NCBI RefSeq assembly: GCF_026965535.1
Contig: NZ_CP114039.1
Location: 8,227,461 to 8,291,460 of the forward strand
DNA: 64,000 nt
Reading direction: 5' to 3'
Source: Corallococcus sp. NCRR
GTDB taxonomy: Bacteria > Myxococcota > Myxococcia > Myxococcales > Myxococcaceae
In this document: positions 55,445 to 64,000 of the stretch, piece by piece
Numbering within the stretch: the stretch's first letter is position 1
Layout: each line of letters opens with the position of its first letter
Notes under the pieces: model-generated
Databases searched by the model: none
Told to the model about the DNA's origin: nothing
The model's input: the letters and a program-made list of their open reading frames with translations, nothing else
Position numbers and translations under genes: made by a program

Positions 55445-58400
55445 CTACCGCGCCTTGTCCACGGTGAGCACCGTGCCCGTGGAGTAGGCGGTGAACTCCG
55501 GCGCGTACATGGACTGCACCGTCGCCGGGCCCACGCGGAAGGTGCCCGCCATGTTCGCGCGCAGCCGGTACTTGAAGGTGTACTCACCGGCCGGCAGCGC
55601 CTCGAAGAAGAAGTTCGTCCCCGAGTCGCGCGTCTCCTCGTACCAGACGATGCCCAGGTCCCACTTGTGGCGGGACTGCGCGTTCTCCGGCTCCAGGCCC
55701 GCGGCGCGCGGGTCCCTCAGGTGCACGTACTCCGCCGCGTGCTTCGTGCGCAGCGACAACTGCACCTCCACCTCGTCACCGGGCCGCAGCGTCGCGCCGT
55801 CCGACAGCGGGCGCAGCAGCGTCTGGTTGCCTTCGCGGAGGCGCACGAAGTAGCGGCGCGACACCTGGAAGAAGTCCCCGCGCTCCTCCTTGGGCAGTTG
55901 CTCCGTGGAGAAGTGCCACGTCGCGGACGCGATGGCGAAGCCCGGCGTCGTCTTCTCCACCACCGTGGTCGCCGTGCTCGCGTTCACCTCCGGACCTGGG
56001 ACGACGACCTGGTTCTTCTTCCCCGTGTACACGTCCGGCGAGAAGGTCATGGTCACCGCTTTGGAGCCCACCGTCACCTTCAGCTCCTCGCGCGCGGCCA
56101 GCGAGCCCTCCGCCTCCATGTAGTTGACGAGCGCGTAGAGCGCCTCCGCCGTGGCGCGCGTGGACTTCCAGTGGTTCACCTTCTTGTCCAGGAGCAACCA
56201 CTGCACCAGGCCCGCGCGGCGAGGGTCCTTCGGACGCAGCTCCGACAGCGTGCGCAGCGCGAAGGCGTGCGTCTCCGTGGAGTCGTTGTACCAGAGCCAG
56301 CTCCGGTCCTCCGGCTGCCAGTACGTGCCCAGGTCCTGCGACGTCTTCGCGGAGTCCATCACGCTGTCCCAGACCTTCTGCGCGTCCTTCGCGCGCTTCG
56401 ACCGGTTCAGCGTGAGCGCCAGGTACCCCTTGAGGAACGGCGAGTGCTCCTTCCAGTGCTTGAAGGAGAAGTCGAGCATGCGCTGCCGCTCGGCCGCCGT
56501 GAGCGCCTCGCCCGTGTAGCGCGCGTCCGGATAGGCGGACGCCACGAAGTTGAGGAACGTGAGGAACTCCCAGCCCTGGTCCTTCTTCATCAGCCGGCTC
56601 GCGTAGTCCTGCCGGAAGTGCTTCGCCAGGTAGCCCCACGCGGGCTCCGTCATGTTGGGTGACACCTCCACCCCGTGCTCCATGGCGCGCGACAGGCCAT
56701 GCAGGATGTAGAGCGTCATGTACGGCGACGACGGACCGCCCGGCCACCAGGGGAAGCCACCGTCCGCGTTCTGCGCCTTGCGCAGCTTCTGCTGCGAAGA
56801 GATGCGCTGGGCATTGGCCACCTTCGGGTCCAGCACGCGCAGGAGCGCCTGGTCCGAGTCCGCGCCGCCCTTCGCCTCGTTGAGCCAGGGCGACTCCTCC
56901 AGCGTCATCTTCCGGTTCGGGTCCAGGCCGTCGAAGGTCTCGAAGCGCGTGCTGCGCTCGCTCAGGTCCTTGGCCACCTTCGCCACCGCCGGGTACTTGG
57001 TGAAGAGGCTGGAGACGATGCCCGTGGACACGAAGCGGTTGAGCGTCTGCTCCGTGCACTCGTAGGGGTAGTCCACCAGGTACGGCAGCGCCTGGAGCAC
57101 GGAGTAGAAGAGCTGCGCGTCCACGGTCACGACGAGCTGCTCGTTCACCCGCGTGGGGTCGTCCGACTTCTTCAGGTCGTCGAACGTCAGCGTCCGGCGA
57201 TCCGTGTTGTTCAGCATGGCGAAGCGCGACTGCGCCAGGTGCATGCGGCCGGGCAGCACCGGCAGGGGCCGCAGCTCGCCGTCGCTGAACGCGCCCGTCT
57301 TCGCGACGACGCGGAAGGCCACCGGCCCCACCCGCGCGGGCGTGGTGATGGGGAAGCGCAGGTTCGTGCCCTTCCCCGCCGCCACCGTGAAGGCCTGCGA
57401 TGTCGTCTTCACGCCGAACTCCGTGAGCAGGCTCTTCTGCGTGTCCGGATCCACGATGTCGAACGTGAGCTGGCCCTGCTGCGTCTGGGTCCCCGCGTTG
57501 TTCACCACGACCTCCAGCTCCGCGCGGTCACCCTCGCGCAGGAAGCGCGGCAGGTACGGGCGCACCATCAGCTCCTTCACGGTGCGGGTGGTGCGCTGCG
57601 TGGAGCCGCCGCGCAGGTCCCGCGTGAGCGCGTGCACCCAGACGTCCCACGCCGTCACCGAGTCCGGCACCGTGAACTCCAGCACCGCCGCTCCGTCCGG
57701 CCCGGTGAGCAGCTGCGGAATCCAGAACGCCGTCTCCGCGAAGTTGGAGCGCAGCGGCCCCTCCGGCCCCTCCCCCGGCTCCGGGGCGCCGGGAGCGCCC
57801 TTGATGATCTGGATGATCTCCCGCCGCTTCTCCTCCAGCACCCTGCCGACCTTCGGCGCGGACTCCGCGGCGGACGGCGCGGGCGACGGAGGCGGAGGCG
57901 GAGGCGGTGCACCGTCCGACTGCGGCTGGACGGCCCCGGGCTTCATGGCGCGCATGCGGTGGCCGCCGTAGTAGCTGCGGTAGCCCGGACCGCCCAGCCC
58001 GTAGCCGTCCTCGAACTTCAGCGTGTCTTCGCTGAGAGCCGGCGCGGAGGGCCCTTCCCGGACGAGCGCGTCGAAGAGCCAATCCGCGCCGAAGACGCCA
58101 CCGGACGCCTTGAAGTCCACGTAGACGATCTGCTGCGGATACAGCTGCGCCACCTGCGGCGGCGTGTGCGGCCCGAAGACGTTGAGCGACTGATCGTACA
58201 TGTACGCGAGCAGCTCCGCGGCCCCGGCCTCCAGCTTCGCGCCCTTCGGTCCCTTCACCGTCACGCGGAAGGTCTCCTTCGCGCCGGGCCGCAGCGTGTC
58301 GCGGAACGTGGCGAACTCCAGGCTGAGTTCCTTGTCATCGAAGGGCACGGCCACCGTCTGCTGGAAGCTCAGCGTCTGCCAGTCGCGCACCATCGAGAGC

Positions 58401-61400
58401 ACCACCGTGAAGCCGCCGCGCAGGGACTCCGTCACCGGAAGCTCCACCACTGCGCGCCCCTGCCCCGCCGTCAACTGGCGGTGCTCGACGCGATTGCGCC
58501 CCTGGTACACGTCCATCACCAGCGGCTGGCCGTCGAAGCCGGAGGCCACCATCAGCCGCGCCACCTCGCCCACGCGCACGGAGGCGCGCTCCGCCGCCAG
58601 CACCGCGGGCAACCCCGCTGGGGCGTGGGCCCCCGCCACCACGAAGTCCCGTTGCGCGGTGGCCTTCTGGCCGAACGCGTCCGCCGTCTCGTAGCGCAGG
58701 CGGTACGCCCCCGCGCGCAGCGCCGGAATCTTCACGGTGGCGACACCGTCCGCGCCATGCGTCACGGCCGCCTGCGCCACCTCCGCGCCGTCGTCCCAGC
58801 GTTGCAGCGTCTGCTCCACGTCGTAGGCCGTGTCCCAGCGCGCCTTCTGCGAATCCCCCGGCGTGGGAGAGGTCTCCCTCGCCGACTGGGTGTCCGCGTC
58901 CAGCGGCCTGGGCTTCTCCACCGGGAGCTCGGACGGCATCAGCGGGCGGCCCGGGGCCTTCAAGGCGACGAGCCGCCAGCGGCCGGGGCCCGCCTGCGGC
59001 GCGCCATCCAGGTTCGAGCGGACGAGCCGCACCTCCGACGGGAAGTCCTCGCGGACGAAGCCCACGTCGGAGTCCACGCGGCCCTCCACCGACACGAAGC
59101 CCAGGCGGAAGGCGCGGCTCGCGGAGCGCGTCTCACCGCCCTCGTCCGTCAGGTCCGCCTCCACGCGGTAGCGCCACGACATGCCCTGCGCCTTCGCGAG
59201 CCGCTCGTCCGCTTCCGGGGTGAACGCCACGGTGAAGCCGCCGTCCTCGCCCACCGTGGCCGTCCCGGAGGCCACCAGGTCCGTGGTGGCCGGGATGCGC
59301 TCCCAGAACCACCAGCGCGGCAGCACCGGCTCGCGCGACACGCGCCACTTCACCGCGCCGCTCGCCACCGGCAGGCCGAAGTAGTAGCGGGCCTCGCCCT
59401 TGAACGTCGCGCGCCGGTTGAGCCGCAGCGGCTCCTGCGCGTCCTTCAGCGTCACCTCGAAGGTGGGCCGCTTGTACTCCTCCACCCGCACGCCCGCGTA
59501 GCCGCTGGGGCTCGTGCGCACCGTCCACTGGCCCAGGGGCCGCCCCGAGGGGAGGTCGAACTCGCCCGCCACCGACCCGAACAAGTTGGTGCGCGCCTCG
59601 CGCTTGGCCACCTCCTGTCCGTTGGGGTCGACGAGCGTCACCGTCACCGGCGACTCCGGCAGGACGCGGTAGCGCTTGGACGCCTCATCCGTGCGGTAGG
59701 CCACCACCTTCCACAGCAGCTTCTGCTGGGGACGGTAGACGGCGCGGTCCGTGTAGATGAGCGTCTGGTCCGTCGGGGTCCAGTCGTGGAGGGGGGACAG
59801 GTACACCGAGCCCGGGAGCACCATCACGTTCTTGCCCCGGCCCAGCACCAGCTCCATGTCCTCGTAGCGGTCGGCGTTCTTGCCCGTGAGCAACAGGTCG
59901 CCGTTGGCGTCGGTGCGGCGGCTGACGATGTTGAAGCGGCGGGTGCCGTAGTCCGACTTCACCAGCCGCACCTCCACGTTCGGAGCGCTCGCTCCCGTGG
60001 CCCCGTCCACCACGTGGACCTCCACCTGGTTGGGGGTCGCCTTGCGCACCGTCGCCGCCCAGGTCGACACGGACATCGGCAGGGCGAGAATGCGGCTGTT
60101 CTTCTTCGCGAAGTCCTCGCGCGTGGACAGGGCGATGATGTACGCGCCCGTCTTGAGCGCCGGCGGCGTCACGAACGTCTGGTGCGGCTGGAAGTCCGGC
60201 GTGGGCGGCAGCGCCGTGCTCCACACAGCCTCCGGTTTGCGCGACGCCACCATGCGGAGCATCTCCGCGGTGGAGGGGTACAGCGACAGGTCCTCGCCGG
60301 GCTTCGCGAGCCGTGCCTCCAGGTCCACCGCGTACGCCCGGAAGTACACCGTGCCCACGTTGCGGTGGCCCACCAGGATGGAGCGCTTGCCCGGCCCGTC
60401 CACCTGCATCCCGGTCGCGAACAACTCCGGGGCCTCCAGCCTGCCCACCAGCGCCGCGCACTGCATGCCGCCCACAGACTTGGGCCACGCCTCCGCGCCC
60501 GCCTTCGCCAGGGCATGCGCGGTGATGGCGCGGCCCGCCTCCTCCTCCATCACCGCGAGCTGGTTCTGCCCCTTGGACCACCACGGCACGTCCCGGAAGC
60601 CCTTCAGGTGCGCGGCCAGGTGCTCCTGGATGCGCCGCTTGTCCGCGGCGTCCTTGAACGACGTGGACAGCACCTCGTAGCGCCGCAGCCGCGCCTCCAG
60701 CGCCGCCTCACGCCGGCCCGCCGCCTGGTGCCACGCCTCCAGGTCCCCCAGCACCGCCGCCACCTTCATCAGCGGGTGCGCGGAGGGGTCCTTCAGCTCC
60801 ACCTTCGGCGTGCCCTCCAGGAGCGCGCCCAGGTCCAACCGGTACACGCCCTGCTCCTGCTCCGGGCGCCACAGGTTCGTGTCCTCCAGCGAGGCCACCC
60901 ACAGGTACGTCACCGCGTCGCGCACCGTGGAGCGGATGCCCTCGGGATACGTGTTGGGCTGGACGTACTCGGACAGCCCCTTCACGGGCTCGGTGCCGAA
61001 CTTCTGCCGTGACTCCCAGATGGCGGCGTACGTGCGCTGGATCTCCGCTGAAAGCTGATCCTTCGTCCACGCCTTCAGGTCCACCGGCCCGGAGGACACC
61101 ACCTGCTCGCGCTTGCCAATCTCGTAGCTGTACGCCTGCTGGTAGTTCGCGAGCACCGCCGCGTAGAACAGCTGGAGCGTGGCCTGCTGCCGAAGCCCCT
61201 CCGGCCAGGGCTGTTCACGCAGGAAGCGCACCGCCGTCTCATGGCCATGCAGCCGCGAGCGCAGTTGCACCGTGCGCACCAGCGCGCGCGTCCACTCGTC
61301 TGCGTCACCCCGGGCCTTCGCCGCGGCGAGTCGGGCCTCGGCCCCCTGCGCGGCGGACTCGACCTGGTCGTCCTCGACGAGCGCGTCGATGGCCTTCCAC

Positions 61401-61507
61401 GTCGGGGGCCCCTTCGCGGCAGGGGCCGCCACGGACACGGAGGACAGCGCGAGGGACAGCAGACACAGGACGACGGCGGCGGTACGCGGGCGCGGTGGAG
61501 AAGACAT
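55445..61507 (-). CDS. Bacterial alpha-2-macroglobulin family protein with intact thioester (CTEQ) motif, secreted
   Basis: 2020 aa with a signal peptide, MG domains, and a thioester domain carrying YPYECTEQ (encoded around 57044-57061). C-terminal receptor-binding-like region present. Confidence 0.85.
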   Translation of the reverse strand: MSSPPRPRTAAVVLCLLSLALSSVSVAAPAAKGPPTWKAIDALVEDDQVESAAQGAEARLAAAKARGDADEWTRALVRTVQLRSRLHGHETAVRFLREQPWPEGLRQQATLQLFYAAVLANYQQAYSYEIGKREQVVSSGPVDLKAWTKDQLSAEIQRTYAAIWESRQKFGTEPVKGLSEYVQPNTYPEGIRSTVRDAVTYLWVASLEDTNLWRPEQEQGVYRLDLGALLEGTPKVELKDPSAHPLMKVAAVLGDLEAWHQAAGRREAALEARLRRYEVLSTSFKDAADKRRIQEHLAAHLKGFRDVPWWSKGQNQLAVMEEEAGRAITAHALAKAGAEAWPKSVGGMQCAALVGRLEAPELFATGMQVDGPGKRSILVGHRNVGTVYFRAYAVDLEARLAKPGEDLSLYPSTAEMLRMVASRKPEAVWSTALPPTPDFQPHQTFVTPPALKTGAYIIALSTREDFAKKNSRILALPMSVSTWAATVRKATPNQVEVHVVDGATGASAPNVEVRLVKSDYGTRRFNIVSRRTDANGDLLLTGKNADRYEDMELVLGRGKNVMVLPGSVYLSPLHDWTPTDQTLIYTDRAVYRPQQKLLWKVVAYRTDEASKRYRVLPESPVTVTLVDPNGQEVAKREARTNLFGSVAGEFDLPSGRPLGQWTVRTSPSGYAGVRVEEYKRPTFEVTLKDAQEPLRLNRRATFKGEARYYFGLPVASGAVKWRVSREPVLPRWWFWERIPATTDLVASGTATVGEDGGFTVAFTPEADERLAKAQGMSWRYRVEADLTDEGGETRSASRAFRLGFVSVEGRVDSDVGFVREDFPSEVRLVRSNLDGAPQAGPGRWRLVALKAPGRPLMPSELPVEKPRPLDADTQSARETSPTPGDSQKARWDTAYDVEQTLQRWDDGAEVAQAAVTHGADGVATVKIPALRAGAYRLRYETADAFGQKATAQRDFVVAGAHAPAGLPAVLAAERASVRVGEVARLMVASGFDGQPLVMDVYQGRNRVEHRQLTAGQGRAVVELPVTESLRGGFTVVLSMVRDWQTLSFQQTVAVPFDDKELSLEFATFRDTLRPGAKETFRVTVKGPKGAKLEAGAAELLAYMYDQSLNVFGPHTPPQVAQLYPQQIVYVDFKASGGVFGADWLFDALVREGPSAPALSEDTLKFEDGYGLGGPGYRSYYGGHRMRAMKPGAVQPQSDGAPPPPPPPSPAPSAAESAPKVGRVLEEKRREIIQIIKGAPGAPEPGEGPEGPLRSNFAETAFWIPQLLTGPDGAAVLEFTVPDSVTAWDVWVHALTRDLRGGSTQRTTRTVKELMVRPYLPRFLREGDRAELEVVVNNAGTQTQQGQLTFDIVDPDTQKSLLTEFGVKTTSQAFTVAAGKGTNLRFPITTPARVGPVAFRVVAKTGAFSDGELRPLPVLPGRMHLAQSRFAMLNNTDRRTLTFDDLKKSDDPTRVNEQLVVTVDAQLFYSVLQALPYLVDYPYECTEQTLNRFVSTGIVSSLFTKYPAVAKVAKDLSERSTRFETFDGLDPNRKMTLEESPWLNEAKGGADSDQALLRVLDPKVANAQRISSQQKLRKAQNADGGFPWWPGGPSSPYMTLYILHGLSRAMEHGVEVSPNMTEPAWGYLAKHFRQDYASRLMKKDQGWEFLTFLNFVASAYPDARYTGEALTAAERQRMLDFSFKHWKEHSPFLKGYLALTLNRSKRAKDAQKVWDSVMDSAKTSQDLGTYWQPEDRSWLWYNDSTETHAFALRTLSELRPKDPRRAGLVQWLLLDKKVNHWKSTRATAEALYALVNYMEAEGSLAAREELKVTVGSKAVTMTFSPDVYTGKKNQVVVPGPEVNASTATTVVEKTTPGFAIASATWHFSTEQLPKEERGDFFQVSRRYFVRLREGNQTLLRPLSDGATLRPGDEVEVQLSLRTKHAAEYVHLRDPRAAGLEPENAQSRHKWDLGIVWYEETRDSGTNFFFEALPAGEYTFKYRLRANMAGTFRVGPATVQSMYAPEFTAYSTGTVLTVDKAR

Positions 61508-61558
61508 AGGGGCGGCACTCTAGACGCCGCCCGCGCCGCTGGCGTTCCCTTCTCCGTT

Positions 61559-62182
61559 TCAGGTGGCCGCGGGCGCCGCGGGGGCCCGGCGCCGCAGCCC
61601 CACCACGTAGACCTCCATGCTGGCGCCGCGCGTCGCTTCGGGACGGACGATCTTCACCTCTTCAAAGTGCTTGCGCACCTCGTCACGGAAGGCCTCGAAG
61701 TCGCCGCCCATGAAGACCTTGGCCACGAACGTGGCGCCGGGCCGGCCGCGCGTGGCGGCCACCTCCAGCGCCTTGCCCGCGAGCCGCAGGCTGCGCGCCT
61801 CGTCCGTGCCCTTGATGCCGGACGTCTTGGGCGCCATGTCGGAGATGATCGCGTCGTAGGGGCCGTCGTACAGCGCGGCCAGCTTCGCGTCGAAGTCGTC
61901 CGCGAGCACGTCCAGCACCGCCGTCGTCACCCACTTCTGGGAGAACGGACGGATGGCCGCGATGTCCACGCCGACGACGCGCCCGTTCATCCCCACCGCG
62001 TCCGCCAGAATCTGGAGGAACCCGCCCGGCGCCGCGCCGAGATCCAGCACCGCCGCGCCCTTCTTCACGGACCCGGGGAAGCGCTTGAGGATCTCATCGA
62101 CCTTGAACGCGGAACGCGCTCGCAGTCCCTCTTGCTTGGCTTTCTGGAAATAGTGGTCTTTAGGACGGTAGGGCTTGCCCAT
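61559..62182 (-). CDS. rlmE: 23S rRNA (uridine2552-2'-O)-methyltransferase RlmE (FtsJ)
   Basis: Start at MGKPYRPKDHYFQKAKQEGLRARSAFK with the SAM-binding motif LDLGAAPGG. Confidence 0.88.
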   Translation of the reverse strand: MGKPYRPKDHYFQKAKQEGLRARSAFKVDEILKRFPGSVKKGAAVLDLGAAPGGFLQILADAVGMNGRVVGVDIAAIRPFSQKWVTTAVLDVLADDFDAKLAALYDGPYDAIISDMAPKTSGIKGTDEARSLRLAGKALEVAATRGRPGATFVAKVFMGGDFEAFRDEVRKHFEEVKIVRPEATRGASMEVYVVGLRRRAPAAPAAT

Positions 62183-62284
62183 GTCAGAAGCCGTCCCTAG
62201 CATCCGCTACTGTCTTCGGAAAGCCGGAGCAGTCGCGGCCTGTTGGCTGGCCGCGCCCACGGACTTCGCCGGAGGGTTGGTGGC

Positions 62285-62692
62285 ATGGGCACCCGGAGCG
62301 TGACAGCGGCCTTGTGCATCTCCCTGCTCTTCGCGGGCGGGGCGGCGTTCTGCTACGCACGCGCCGAGGCCCTCCAGGCGGAAGGCCGCTGGCTGATGGC
62401 CCGGGGCAGCGCCCAGGCCTCCGACTTCGCCCAGAAGCTGGACGGCACCTCCGTGGACGCCCAGTTGAAGACCTTCAAGGAGCGCCGCGGCGTGATGGAG
62501 CAGGCCCACCGCTGGCAGCGGGGCATGCTGCTGGGCATCATGGCCGCCGTCCTGTCCGGCCTGTCCGCCTACGTCCTCTTCCTCCTCAAGCGGCTGGACG
62601 ACCAGCTCCTGGACGCCACCGGCGAGCTGCGCCGGCCCCAGGAAGCCTCCTCCCTGCCCGCCCCGGCGTTCGCGCCCAGCGTCCAGCGTTAG
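62285..62692 (+). CDS. Hypothetical membrane protein (two TM helices); start uncertain (62243 or 62285)
   Basis: ORF with hydrophobic segments (SVTAALCISLLFAGGAAF; LLGIMAAVLSGLSAYVLFLL). No family recognised. Confidence 0.4.
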   Translation: MGTRSVTAALCISLLFAGGAAFCYARAEALQAEGRWLMARGSAQASDFAQKLDGTSVDAQLKTFKERRGVMEQAHRWQRGMLLGIMAAVLSGLSAYVLFLLKRLDDQLLDATGELRRPQEASSLPAPAFAPSVQR

Positions 62693-62743
62693 GCCCGGAC
62701 TCTGGCAGGATGTCCCCGTCACCGTCTGACGGGGAGGACCGCC

Positions 62744-63031
62744 ATGCCCGGCTGCGCGCACTGCGGACACGCACTCGACATCATCGCGAATCAGGTCGGC
62801 CGGAGCGCCACGTGCCCCAGCTGTGAAGAGGACCTGCGCTCGTGCCGCAACTGCCGGCACTTCGACGCGTCCGTGGCCAAGGCCTGCAAGGAGCCCTTCG
62901 CGGAGGTGCCCCGCGACAAGGACGAGGCCAACTTCTGCGAGCTCTTCCAGTTGGGTGAAGGCGGCCTGCACGCGAAGGCCTCCCGCGACGCGATGCTCAG
63001 CGCCGCGGAGGCCCTCTTCGGCAGGAAGTAG
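62744..63031 (+). CDS. Small zinc-ribbon protein (95 aa, four CxxC-type pairs)
   Basis: CAHC...CPSC...CRNC...C..C with a strong GGGGAGGA RBS 6 nt upstream of the ATG. Confidence 0.5.
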   Translation: MPGCAHCGHALDIIANQVGRSATCPSCEEDLRSCRNCRHFDASVAKACKEPFAEVPRDKDEANFCELFQLGEGGLHAKASRDAMLSAAEALFGRK

Positions 63032-64000
63032 CTAGAAGCCGTACAGCTTGGAGATGATCTCCTTCATCACCTCGGAGGTGCCGCCGCCGATGGTGATGAG
63101 CCGCACGTCGCGCCACATCCGCGCGATGGGCGTCTCCTCGATGTAGCCCATGCCGCCGAAGAACTGCTGGCAGTCGTAGGCCACGCGCTGGGCCAGGTCT
63201 CCGGCGAACAGCTTCGCCATGGAGATCTCCTTCACCGGGTTCTCCTTCCGGTCGTAGAGGTCCACCGCGTAGTAGTTGAGCCGCCGCGCCGCCTCCACCG
63301 CCGTCAGGTGCTCCACGAACTTGTGGCGCCACACCTGGAACTTGATGAGGGGCCGGCCGAACGCCTCGCGCTCGTTGCCGTACTGGAGCGCGTCCTCCAG
63401 CATCCGGTCCATGCCGCCCACCGTGGTGATGGCGCCCACCAGGCGCTCACCCTGGAAGTTGGTCATGATGTGGTAGAAGCCCGCGTTCTCCTCGCCCAGC
63501 ACGTAGCGCGCGGGGATGCGGCAGTCCTCGAAGTAGAGGATGGCCGTGTCCGAGGACAGGTTTCCAATCTTGTCCAGCTTCTTGGAGATGCTGAACCCCT
63601 TCACGTCCGTGGGGAACGTCACCAGCGAGATGCCTCCGTAGCCCTGCTCACCGGTGCGCACCGCCAGCGTGATGAAGTCCGCGCGCGTGCCGTTGGTGAT
63701 CCACATCTTGGAGCCGTTGATGACGTAGTCGTCACCGTCCCGGCGCGCCGTCGTCTTGATGCTCGCCACGTCGGAGCCGCACCCCGGCTCGCTCACGCCC
63801 AGCGCCGCGATGCGCTCGCCCTTGAGCGCGGGCTCCAGGAACTCGCGCTTCTGCTCGTCCGTGCCGATCTCATTGATGATGGGCGTGGCCATCTGGCTCT
63901 GCACCAGCAGCGCCATGTTCACGCCCGCGTTGCGGCTGCGCGACAGCTCCTCCGCGAACGCCGTCACGTACCAGTAGTCCAGGCCGCTGCCGCCGAACTT
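63032..64000 (-). CDS. Acyl-CoA dehydrogenase (middle and C-terminal domains; N-terminus beyond the window edge)
   Basis: ACAD beta-barrel and C-terminal helical domain motifs (GSKMWITNG; QFFGGMGY). The ORF is open to the window end. Confidence 0.85.
   Translation of the reverse strand, partial: KFGGSGLDYWYVTAFAEELSRSRNAGVNMALLVQSQMATPIINEIGTDEQKREFLEPALKGERIAALGVSEPGCGSDVASIKTTARRDGDDYVINGSKMWITNGTRADFITLAVRTGEQGYGGISLVTFPTDVKGFSISKKLDKIGNLSSDTAILYFEDCRIPARYVLGEENAGFYHIMTNFQGERLVGAITTVGGMDRMLEDALQYGNEREAFGRPLIKFQVWRHKFVEHLTAVEAARRLNYYAVDLYDRKENPVKEISMAKLFAGDLAQRVAYDCQQFFGGMGYIEETPIARMWRDVRLITIGGGTSEVMKEIISKLYGF

Noticed and set aside
55667-61012. Several long plus-strand ORFs (1445, 427 and 331 aa) inside the A2M locus
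   Set aside because: They are antisense to the alpha-2-macroglobulin gene, which has the diagnostic CTEQ thioester and a signal peptide.

Overview
This is a 64 kb, very GC-rich (about 70%) chromosomal segment that looks like it comes from a Myxococcales genome. The evidence is a MYXO-CTERM sorting tail on the first (partial) ORF, an AglZ-like pseudo-receiver/coiled-coil protein, a MotA/TolQ-type channel with two TolR/ExbD partners, and many lipoprotein or TPR proteins. Many six-frame ORFs are artefacts of the GC content, including huge antisense ORFs of 1632, 1421, 1183 and 950 aa. Real genes are tightly packed on both strands.

Confidently recognisable housekeeping genes, in order: a MaoC-like hot-dog dehydratase pair; a J-domain-TPR / Hsp70 / TPR operon; argD-like aminotransferase; hslVU; trmFO; a dksA/traR-family gene; dprA-topA; a ybgF-like gene; pgeF/yfiH; a sensor GGDEF cyclase; a degP/htrA protease; ilvE; nfo; a DHH phosphoesterase (nrnA-like); a cysteine desulfurase; a Ser/Thr kinase; a 5-formyl-THF cyclo-ligase; tyrS; an SDR; rlmE; and an acyl-CoA dehydrogenase (partial at the 3' edge).

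The regions worth a second look are:
1. A divergent GH57 glucan-branching enzyme / Rho_N-DUF4912 protein / GT4 glycosyltransferase cluster. The DUF4912 protein carries about 22 tandem 13-aa repeats (39-bp DNA period), and the GT4 has a proline-rich C-terminal tail with 57-bp tandem repeats.
2. An AglZ-like 1529-aa pseudo-receiver plus coiled-coil protein with near-identical 84-bp (28-aa) tandem repeats.
3. A wHTH-AAA+ ATPase followed by a Fic-fold protein whose catalytic HPFx[DE]GNGR motif is degenerate (FPFTEHSGKVGR, catalytic His lost), with an AT-rich spacer between them.
4. A secreted cysteine-rich protein whose His/His/Lys spacing and an HVFCGDD motif resemble EndoU/XendoU RNases, convergent with a 2020-aa alpha-2-macroglobulin that has an intact CTEQ thioester.
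5. A GGDEF cyclase whose periplasmic sensor region contains a CxxCH heme-c motif.
6. A low-GC 300-bp intergenic region with direct repeats, a perfect 15-bp palindrome, and direct 12-bp repeats in a divergent promoter.

No rRNA, tRNA, CRISPR array, transposase or integrase was detected by eye.
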